A stretch of DNA of 64,000 nucleotides from Octopus vulgaris. Lineage: Eukaryota. Position 1 is the first letter of the stretch; every line of letters starts with the position of its first letter. Positions 24,901 to 36,900 of the stretch are shown piece by piece. The notes beneath the pieces are model-generated. The model searched no databases. It was not told the DNA's origin and worked only from the letters and a program-made list of their open reading frames with translations. The stretch lies in NCBI GenBank assembly GCA_951406725.2, contig OX597815.1:70122001-70186000 (forward strand), read 5' to 3'. The position numbers and the translations under genes are program-made.

Positions 24901-27900
24901 TCATGATACAAGCTAGAGAGTGAACAGCAGTTATTGTGATAAGGAATTATTGGATTAAAGAATAGATGCAAAAAAGGTTCTTACCAACTTATAATCTTGG
25001 AGACGCTTAATGGCTTTTCTGCGTTCTTCCTGAATAAATTCCTGTTTGGAATCCACTTCTTCTTTATGTTGTCGACGTTTCTGTGAATAAAAAAGGTAAT
25101 TTATAGGAATTGAACTGTTACTGAATAATTTAAAGACTTTGGAATGTTCTAAGCTGCTTGAGACCATTCATGATTCTACAATGCAAACTTTCCATTTTAA
25201 AGTGATCCAAATTAAAACTTACCAACAAAATTTCATGTTTATCCATGTTCCAAATACGAGCTTAATACCAAACAAAGCATATCCAGTACTATGTCATCCA
25301 ATATGGCCTTTCTTGTATTAACCCTTCTAATACAAACACCGCCCCCTGATATTCCAAACATCGGCTCAATAATGACAAAATTATTTAAATAAATTCTTTA
25401 TTATTGACAAAATTAATTGAAACAAAGACAGTATAGTAGAAAAGAAATATGGTAACAAAAGGGCTCATGTGATCAATAGGCTATTGTAGAAGACAGTTGC
25501 ATGACACCTTGGGCAAGTGATAGAAACTGAAAGAAACACATCATATATATATATATATATATATATAAATATATATATATGAGAGAGAGAGAGTGTGTGT
25601 GTCATTGTCTTGTCATCATGCAATCATTGTGATCAAAAATAATGTCTTACAAATGATGCTTGTCCATTTTCAATTTCCCATAAGCACATAATCAGCCAAG
25701 GGGAAATATTTGGAAGCAGATGAGGGTTTCTGGTAGGAAGGGCATCCTGCCAAAGAAAATTTGCCTCAATGAACTCCTTCTGACACATGCAAGCATGAGA
25801 AAGTAGACATTTCAACAAAGATGATAATGATAATGATGCTGACAACAGTGATGATGATGATGATAATGACGACGATGACAATGATGACATACATAGATTT
25901 ATAGAGTCAGAAAAGGAAACACACACACACAGACAAGAGAAAAGAAGAAAGAGGACACAAATAAGAGGAATGAGAAGACAGAGAGAAAGTGGAAGCAGCA
26001 AAAGAGTGAAGACAGGCAAGAGTAGGGGGGATAGGGTAGAACTAGACTTACAAGCTGTATTGTGTGATGTTGCTGGTAATGGACCTCCATCTTAGTTTTT
26101 TCTTCATCTTTTTGTTGTTTTTGTTTCAGTAACAATACCTGCAGCAGCAAAGACAATTATTAATCAACAAAACAGTTCAATTAGTTATAAGTAGCAAAGT
26201 GGCAAAGGCAAGCCAGCCAAAATGTCAGAGATCACTTAGACTAAACATGGCTGTCTGGTTAATAAGCTTGTTTGCTAACTATGTGGTCTTGGGTTCAATC
26301 CCACACTTCATGACACCATGAGCATGTGTCTTCTATTATAGCCCCAGAGATCAACCAATGCCTTATAAGTGGATTTGATAGATGGAAACTGAAAGAAGCC
26401 TATTGTGAATGTGTGTGATCGTAAGGTCTTGGGTTCAATTCCTGAACTGGGTGTACATTGTATCTTTGAGCAAAGTACTACATTTCCCATTGCTTCAGTC
26501 TGGTCAGCTGAAAATGAGAATCAGCTGACTGTTGGCACAGCCCTCACTTTCTCTCCAGTTGTCATACGTTCAATGTTCTGCTGGACCAATGGTTTGAGGC
26601 CTAAAAGGATGTCTAGTGGAATACACAGCCCAATCAACCATATGCTAGGACTGAACCTGAAATCATGTAGTTGCTAAGCAAACTTCTTAACCACACAGCC
26701 ATGTCTGGTGCACACAATGTAATATTAAAATTTAACAATAAGTAAATTACTAATTAGTCTACCAGATGTATTTTCAATCAAAGACATCATTAACATTCTA
26801 AAGTGATGACCTTGATTAAATATAAAAATATTTCAGCTTTGTTTACTTTATTGCATTGGTCCGCTGTTATTTGTTGTTAAGTTCCAGTGCTAGCATTACT
26901 CCTGAAGAGGGATCCTCTTTTAGGTGTCTTCACCAACATTTAGCTCCGGTCATTCCTGTCCATGTAGATCCCAAGTAGCAGGTGAAGTTGTCACCCTAAC
27001 TCATTTTTAGTCTGCTCCATAATCTAGTCTATTCTCCTAGTGTCAACTGTACTAATACCATTCACCTATTGTCTTTAACCTTTATCAATTTGTCTGAGAT
27101 TAACCATAGTTCATTGATACAAATTCCTTATTTTAAAGTGATCTAAATTTACACCTATTAAAATTTCGTGTTAATCTAGGTCCCAAACACCAACTCATTA
27201 TTGACATATTTATTATCCTAAATTCTTTATTATTGTCAAAATGAATTGAAACAAAGATAGTTTAGTTTAACAGAAATATGACGATAAAAAGGTTAAAGTA
27301 GTCTAAATTAAAACCTTCCATTAAAATTTCATGCTAATTTATTTTCCAGACATCACTTTAATAATGATACAGTTATTTTATTAAATACTTCATTATTTTC
27401 AAAATTAAAATTGAAACAAAGGCAGTATATTTTAACAGAAATATGGTAACGAAGGCATTAAATACTGTGACATGATAGATCCATTTTTGCTTGTTCTTTT
27501 CAATTTGATCAGCTAAACCCCTCAAGGCAGTGCACCAGCATGGCCACAGTCGAATGATGGAAACTAGTTAGAGTCAAGTGCAAAGAGCAATGACCACCCA
27601 TATATTTTATACTAACCTACATTTTTAATTAGTAGTCATTAGGGGAAAATTACATTTCACGGCAGTATATAAACAAAATTTGAAAGGTTTTCTAGCTTAC
27701 AAATCAAATTATAAGGTCTCTAGAGACATTTTTATTTTAAAAAGCAAACAAACTTTATTTACTTTTCTAATCAATCAGTGCAGGAAAGATTGAAACTATT
27801 ATTTTTGAGCAAGACAATAAGTAGCTTGTTTATAAGCCACTTAACATTCTAATACAACTGTCAAATTTTTCCTTAGGGAAAACAGATTTTGGCAATTGCT

Positions 27901-30900
27901 ACGGTTAGTAAGCTAATTACATAATATAATTGAAACAAACTCACTATGTTGGATTTTAAAGTGGGACAGTGATTTGGTGAACTAAACTATAGAATTAAGA
28001 AGTAGGTCAGTATACTGAATATTTCATGTTAAATTCTTCTCAAATCAAGTTCTCATGCAATGAGGCACAAAGTTCATTCATTTCTTTAAAGCTATTATGA
28101 ATTGAACAGGGGAAGGGGTTATTTGAGAGAGTGTTTTAGGTCAGATACTCTCCCTGATGACAAATCTTACCAGTTTTTCAGGAATGGGATTTTTTATATT
28201 TTTTGTATTGTAAAACCACATGGCCTAGTGGTTAGAGTGTTGCACTCACAATCACAAAATCGCAGTTTCAATTCCCAAACTGGACAGTGATTGTGTTCTT
28301 GAGTAAAACACTTCATTTCAGATTATTCCAGTTTACTTAGTTGTAAATGTGTAACCCTGCCACTAACTTTCTGTTCAGGTGAAATGTGGTGATCTTGGTC
28401 ACATATATGCTATGAAAACCAGGTGTTTAGCCTTACGAGTCCTAATACTTGAGATAGTAATGTCTAGGGGGTTGATGATGATGATGTTTATAATTCACAG
28501 ATATTTGAAAGTGCAGAGCAACTGGTCAGAATGTCAACAAAAACAATAATATTACAGTTTATTAGTTATAAATGAAGGTATAATTCAGCTTTAAAAACAG
28601 TTGTAGCAGTAATATGAAATTATACAGGCAAAAACACTACCACACCCATAATAATGTGATTAAATACTGGAAGTTATAATTATTTGATGCAGTGAAAAGC
28701 AAAATGTCACCTTGGTTGATATCAAGTTCATTCAAAGCATTGCTTAGGAAAGTTGAATTAAAATAATAACTCTGTGTAACACGATTTTTGTCCTTGGGTA
28801 GTAACTGTTATTTCCTCTACTTACCACTAGAAAGTATGGAAAATGGCTAATATTTTCTACAAATTTTGCTTTTCTTACATTTATTTAAATCCCAAAGAAA
28901 CCCTTTCAACACATGGCTATGATGCTCCCCAACTATTCCTGTTCACAATTAGAGATGCACATACTGTCCACCACTAAGAAACATGCTCAAGTGATTAAAG
29001 TCAAACAACTGACAAGCAAATCTCTGGTAGTGAGCAGAATATTAGCTATAATGATATTTCTGCTCCATCAACTCAGTGCTGAAGCTATTTGAAATCTAAT
29101 GGAAAATAAGTCAGTTTCAAAACATTGATGTCCAGGTAACAAAAGCAAAGTTTGAAGGGAAAAATAGTTATTTCCATTGATTTCTAGATATAAACAAATA
29201 GGAAATAACACTTACTGACCAAAGACAAAAAAAAAAATTTTAATTTTGTTACAAAGTGTAACGATTCTCACTGGTCTCAGAGAGGCTGCAAAAGCTATGG
29301 GTATTGTTTCTTATTCCTACATTCCTATTGCCCCTTATAGCCTACAAAAATAAATAAAATCCCTGCAGTCTAAGTCATTGTAACTGAACTTATGAACTTG
29401 ACCAACTTTGATTTTGCAGTGAATAAAAGAAAAAAAACTTGCCTTTTTGTTTCGAAAAGACGCTTTCTTCTGTTGGATACGGTTTATCTGACTTTTTAGA
29501 TGCTGCAAGTGCGGGTTAGATACTGCTCCTGTAGTCATTGGTTCATCATAATCTTTCAAACTTTCTGCATCTTCAAATGCATCATAGAAAACACCAGCTT
29601 CTTCTTCATCTGACCAATCAGAAAAAAAATGTGTGTAAGTATAGTGTGACTGTCATCACATAAAATTCATTATTACTTTTATAAAAAGAAACAAAAAAAG
29701 GACCTTTTTATACCTTCAACTCCCAGAGTGACTTTCGTTAGCCATGCTAACATTTATATAACTAAGTTTTCCAGAACTTAATGGTTGTACCCTACATGTC
29801 ACATCTGCTTCTCTGCTCTTAAGTTTCTCATGATCATCATCATCATTTTAACATCCACTTTTCCAGCCTTGCTCAGGTCAAATGGAATCTGTTGAGGCAT
29901 ATTATTCTACAGTCAGATGCCCTCCTAGTCACCAATTCTCACCTGTTTCCAAATAAGGTAATATTTCCCCATGGCCAGGCACGTTTTCCACAGAAGTGTG
30001 GAAACAAATAACACCAGTTGTATGACAATGATGCTTGTTTACAACCATCTCATGATATCAAGACATGGTTGGATGAATGGACGGACCCACCCACCTGCTA
30101 CATGGCTACACACATTATAAAGAAATAGGTGAGAGCAGTCAGGATGGAGCTGGAGAAAGGTAAACATTGTGGTGATGAGGTGTCAGGATAGACCCTCAAG
30201 ATACAAAACGAGTAGAACTGAATGGGGACAGAAAAACTGGAAGTGTGGGTGAGAGGGTGAATAAAATGAAGAACAGGTAGTGAGGAGTGATAAAGAAGGA
30301 ATAGTAGGTGACAAGTGTAGAAATTGGGTAGAAATCTTTGTAAGGAAAGTAATCATTTCTCGGTAACCTGTTTTTGCATATTTATAACATTTGTAATATT
30401 ATTTGTGATAATAAACTTTTTTACAAAGAAATTTGCAGGGCTCAAGACTTCATGATTGATTCTTGTCAAAAGAGTTTTTTAAATAAAAAAAAAAGTTAAT
30501 CAGATCAAAAGTATAATGGTGTGGATGTTGGTGGTTATGTCAAGTTATCAATCATTTAGTTGTGGGGTGTAGACAGAATGCTAGAAGTAATGAGGTGTAA
30601 ACAGATTGTTAGAAGTAATATACACTCATAACGGTATTTGGCATGTATGTTGAAGATACCGACATTCCACTAATATCACCGTTATAAGACAGTTTAAAAA
30701 GGTTAAGAAAATTTGTTTTTAATAGCAAGGTGAGGATATCTGAAAGTGAAATTAGGAAGTCATGTTTATCTTAAGAATGTTATTTCGTTTCTTCATACTG
30801 GGTTGACTGTATTCTCTCGTTGACAAAAGCTTGAGTATAACTTCATAAAGTGTATGCAAATAAATCTTTAGCTAAATCATTTTCCTTATAATAATATGAT

Positions 30901-33900
30901 AAGAGTTCGTACAGATAAATACTAGATGTAACACCAATATTTACAATTAATTTATCACATAATTTCGTTTTTGGATTTGGTTTGCAAGATTCTTTAGAGT
31001 TCGTGTGTTGAAGCAAATTCTGTTGTGTCTGGGGAGAGTCATTTTCTTTTTGTGTCTTATAATTTAACACACTCACCGGTAAAATTTGCACTTATTTCTT
31101 ATTTTTATTTTCCTAAAATTTTTGTTGCGTCTTGCAACCTTTTCAATAGTCAAGACTATTGAAGTATAATCCTCAAATACAACCTTAACATTTCCCATCC
31201 TGAGTAAACAAGATGATGAAACAAACCAACCTTGTACTTGCTTAAGAATGCCATCAACCTGTGTTTTTGCCAAGATTTCTTCTTCATCAAGAATTTTAAC
31301 ACATACATCATGGATCTTAAGGGTCCAATTGAACACTTTTTCTTCAAGTTTCTCCAGTTCCGCTTTGGCCTCAGGATACTCTTTGACAGATGCAATCTAG
31401 GATGGAAATGTAAAATATATAGACATTGTCATCAAAGTATTAGCACCATTAAATATTCAAATATTTCATCAACATACTCTTTTGGAAAATAATACAGTAT
31501 GAAAACATGGGGTACTAACATTAATAGGCTTTCTGTTAAATGTTTCATAAGGTAGGTATGACATTTTCACAAGTAGAGATAAGCATAAGCATGAATGCAG
31601 TGATATGTATAAATGGATATACATCTGGATATATATAAATCATCATCATCTAGTGTTTTAAATCCGGGTTTTGTCCTTGTTAAGGGGTGGAGTCTACCTC
31701 AATGCCATAGCAACTGCTCTCACACCATCTCCCCATCTTGCCCGGTAGAGGGGCTCCGAAAGGGCTCTCAGGGAACAGCATCCCTACCTTCCTGAGCTAG
31801 TTTTCCACCACATTTCTTAAAAATTGTGGCAGAAGCCTTGGTCTCGGGATCAGTCATGTCTAGAAACTGAGGTTGGGGGTAAAAAATCCAGCTCTAAGAA
31901 AGCCTCATGATATATAAACTATATGTATAAATGGATACACATATAAATAGATATACATCTGGGGACACACACACATGACAGAAGTAAATAGACACCCATA
32001 AAACATTGCTTATGTTTATTTTAACATGAAAAGGTTTATATTTTTTATTAATTGACATTTTTATGCTTCAGATTCTATAAGTGATTTTTTAATCATGTCA
32101 TGTACAAAAGAAGCCTTGGAACTGTCTGAATTTTAAAGGGACCATATTGTGGGTCAATCTGAAGGTGGATTAGTCAGCTTAAAATTGCAGGAAACCTTAG
32201 GATCCTACAGTTAATAGAGTGATTGTGCAATTCACCAGAGAAGGGAAGGAGTACACATCACATAACCCAGGTCAACCAGGGTCCTTTGACAGGACCCTTC
32301 ACTTTGTTAAAAAAAAGTGTGGAGGATAACCCTTGTTGCAAGGCCTCTGACATAGCAGAACAAGTTGATGTCAGTCCCAGAAGAGCTGTCAGGTATCACC
32401 ACAAACTTGGCTACTATGGCAGAGCAGTAAGAAGGAAGCCACTTCTTCGACCAGCCATTATCAAGCAGAGAAAAGATTGGACCAGTGAGATGGTGGAGAA
32501 GCCACTAGCATTTTGGGATGCTGTCATATTCCCTGATGAGTCCAGATTTGCTGTATTTTCTGACAGTGGTCAAGTGTGGATCTAGAGACTCTGTGATCAA
32601 GAATTTGTTGCGAAAAGATTGCAGCCAACAACGAAACACAGCAGCTATTCTGTGATGGTCTGGGGAGCAATTTGGAGCAATGGTTGACCAGAGCTTGTAG
32701 AGTGTGAGGGAAACAAACTCAGATAAATATGTGTCCATATTACAGAAAGGACTCCTTCCAATCTTCTCCAGTGGTAAAATTATTAAAGAGGGCTATTTAT
32801 GAAAGATATGGCTCTTTGTCACATGGCTAAAATGACCCAAGATTGGTTGGAAGAGAATGGCATTAAAAAGCTTCCATGGCCAAGCCAGTCACCAGATATG
32901 AACCCTACTGAACATTTCTGGGTTGTAATGGACAGGACACTTTGTAAAAAAAACAAGAAAGTATCCTCAAAGCCAGATCTTTTAAGATTACTGCATGAAA
33001 CTTGGCAAGAAATTCCTCAAGAGAATATTTGTCATCTGATTAGCAGCATGCCTAGTAGGGTCCTTGAATTGAAAAATGCAAAGGGGACATGTCTAGTAAA
33101 TATTAGATATTCACATTATAATAATTAATAAATAATTAGAATGTATAATTCCAGATTTAAATAAATTTTAATGATTATAAGGGTGTCTATTTACTTCTGT
33201 TATGTCTGTATGTATTTGTAAAATCATTTTATGTCTATTTACCATGAACATTTAGCATGGGTAGGATGATTTGACATAATTCAATGGGTATCATAAAAAA
33301 AGGTTAAAAATTTTCAAGAAATGGGTCTACTTATTAATGATCTTTAAAATCTTACCTCTTTTTTCACTTTGTCTCGCTCCTGTATGTATTCCTTCTGGAT
33401 ATTATGGAGAAGCTGTAGCCGCTCGTTGCAGAGATCTATCCGGATGCTTTAAAATTGGTACATAAATAGAGACAATAAATGAAAATTAATAGAGAAATCT
33501 AACAAAAGTGTGAGGAAAAAGAATGCGAAAATGGAGATAATTTGAAATCAAACGCTTTTAAATTCATGATATTTACCTAGTGAAATCAACTAGATACAGG
33601 TCTCAGTAATATTTTTGATTTTCATCTTTTCTAATGAATCTTTAAGAACAGCAATTGTAATGTTTAAAAGTCATCAAGCTCAGTGGTTTCTATAAGAATA
33701 TTTCATTTCTTGAAAATGTTTAATGAAATATAGACACTAACTTAATAAAATTACCATGAGGGTTAGAATTATAAAAAGACATCACAGCTATAGTATTCTG
33801 ACCTTTATTATGATATATTGAACCAATGCCAACTGTATGCACTAATTCACATTTTTATACATATGTCCACCAGCGTCATCATCAACATCAATATTTAATG

Positions 33901-36900
33901 TCCAGTTTCCATGCTGGCATGGGTTGAATGGTTCAGCAGGATCTGACAAGTAGGAGATTGAGTAATACTCTAGTATCTACTTTGGCAAAGTTCCTACAGC
34001 AAGGGCCCTTCCTAATACCGACCCCTTTACAGAGTGTATTAGATACTGTTTTTTGGACTAAGACTTTAACCTTTTAGCATTCAGACTACTCTGTCAAATG
34101 TAATGCTTATTTATTCACATTGTTTTGAATTAATCATGTGACTTCAATATTTTAAAAGAGTGAGTGTTTATTTTTAGAATGACATTGTATGGTAAGTGTG
34201 AGATTGAATCTGGCCAGTTTAAACATAAAAGAGGTAGAATATTTGAGCCAGATATGGCCAGTTTAAATGCCAAGGGATTAAGTTTTACCCAATGGCTTAT
34301 TCAACCAGACCAAATGAAAAAACCATCAGGGGAAATATAAAGTCACACTCAAAATGAATTTTACAGTAAATTTGAGTCTACATTCAGTATTGAGTCTCTT
34401 ATCATCACCGCCCTCTGAAACATCAGTAAAGGTTTGGCTGTTATTCTTAAAATAGCTTGAAAATAACAACCTTAAATTAACATCTATTTTCTTTTTATAA
34501 GTCACCATATTAGGAAAACTTCACAGCTACACAAAAAAAAAAACATTGCAGTTGTCACTACCAAATATTATTTCTTTAATGATGTTACTTAAGTCTTTAA
34601 AAGAAAAAAAAGTAAAGATTTTTTCCAAAGTAAATTAAATTAAACAATTTATTTAAACACTATATTTAGTTAAAATAGACATTCCAAATTGTAGTAATGA
34701 ATTCTGTTTTAATTATCTTAGTAAACTCTGCAATTACAACAACCAGTTGAATAAAATATAGAAAACAACAAAACAATGTCGAGATTGTAATAATGATGGG
34801 ATTTTCAGTTTTAATTGTTAAACCATGTAAACAAAGGTTTCTACTTTTAAACACTTGAGAAGTAATAGCAAAAGCAACAGCTGTGCCAAAACTGCTGCCA
34901 TCAGCACCATCAACGCCAACACCAGCACCACTACCATCACCATATTCAATTGTGTGGTCACTCCCTCTACAACGTGCTGCAACCAAATCAGTCTCAATCT
35001 TTCAGCAGTCTCCACAGTGAAAGTAATCACTGACTTACTGCACTCTTAGAAGAGATAGACTCAGGAAGACGTGGGATGAGATGGTGACTTTTGGTGATTT
35101 GCTGTACTCGAGAAGACAAGTCAAGCTAAGTGAAATTGTAGATGTGGCCAGTGATGGTGACACATGAAAGGCACCCATGCCAGTGACACATAAAAGGCAC
35201 ATCGGTGACATATTAAAGGCATCCATGCAGTGATAAGTATAAGGCACCTGTACCAGTGATATGTAAAAAGCACTCATGCCAATGACATTTAAAGGGTACC
35301 CATACCAGTGACATGTAAAAGGTACTCATGTTGGTGACATGTTAAAGGCACCCATGCTGGTGACATGTAAAAGACATCCACTCTATGAAGTAGTTAATAT
35401 TAGGAAGGGCATCCAGCCATAGAGACCAAGCCAAAACAGACTGGAGCCTAGTGCATATCTCTGGCTTACCAGTTCCAGTCAAACTGCTTAACCCATGCCA
35501 GCATGGAAAACAAATGCTAAATGATGATGATAATGATGGTTATTTCAGCTCAAATATCAGATGTTATTATTTTTCAGGTACCTTTAGTAGGAGACTAGAC
35601 AGCCAGACATTGCCTGCAGGGGAAAAGGCATGGCTGGATGGTTTAAAAAGTCTACTTTACAATATGGTTTCAGGTTTAGTTTGAGTGAATGAAACCATGG
35701 GCAAGTACTACAGCTCAGTCAACCAATTCCCTCTCGGTGGAACTTAGTAAACAGAAACTGTATTGAAGCCTCTGTGTGTGTGTGTGTGTGTGTCTGTGTG
35801 TGTGTGTGTGAGTGTGTGCACACGCGCACGAGTGTGTGTGCATGCATGAATGTTGAAATTTCATGGTTTTGCTTATCACCATCTGAACAAAACAGTGATA
35901 CAACATTTTGAATTCTTTGTTGATATTACAAGCAACTGCTGTGTTTTCAAAAACTAGTGCAAAAAAAAAAAAAATCCCTTCTTTGAAAACAGACAAGGGT
36001 TGGTGACAGAAAGGACATCAAGCTGTAAAATACTGCTTCAAGTAAGCAGTTCTCATCCAACACATAGTAGCATGGAAAAACAGACATTAATCCTTAAATG
36101 GTAGGAAAAGGTTGCATGTGTATGCCAAATAGGCAAAAAACAAAAAGAAATATCTTTTTCTGGACCCTTTAACATTCAGATTACTCAGTCAAATATGTCT
36201 ATTTACTCACATTGATTTGAATTGACCATGTGTTATCTTAGAGCTTTGAGAAGTTGATGATGTGATTGCTTATTTCCAGAATGACAATGTAGGGTGAGTG
36301 TGAGAAGCCAGACCTGGCCAGTTTGAATATAAAACAGACAGAACATTTGGACCAGATGTGGTTGGTTCAAATAGATTAATGGTAAATTTTATACTTATCT
36401 CCACTTCAAATAAGCACACAAACCATAATTGCTAGTCTTTCACAAAATAAAATTTACAATCTCATTATTGAAAAGTGCTGTAAAATATTCACTTTCCTCT
36501 AATGATGACTATATTCATGTAAAAGTTTTGAAACATTAAACTGATGATGTCTGCTGTTCTCTAATGAAATACCAATTTATGATGTTCACTGTTTAAGGGT
36601 TAAACAAATATTGCTGAAGGCTAAAATTTCCACTACTCACAAAAAACATAAAGCAAATGATTTACCGTCTCATTCGATCAACACCCAGAAGATCAAAAGC
36701 TGTTTTGCCAAATTTTTCTTTATCCTGTTTCATTCTTTCAAGCATGGCTGGAATAAAAAATAATATATATATATCTCACACACAGACACACACATATATA
36801 TAGTGAATTGTCAGCAAGCAATATTATTTAATGAATAAAAGTCATCCAAGGTGCCAGGTGGTTGTACTAAAATGTGTAACAGATTAGGGCCTACTACAAA

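Noticed and set aside
34666-35049. Gly/Ala-rich and Thr/Ser-rich ORFs in a JMY intron
   Set aside because: Derived from a degenerate (CAN)n trinucleotide tract; exons 2 and 3 already join in phase without it.
35157-35380. Regularly spaced 26-30 bp repeats resembling CRISPR arrays (also 7280-7490 and 23020-23335)
   Set aside because: Units are contiguous with no unique spacers, there are no cas genes, and the context is eukaryotic; these are minisatellites.
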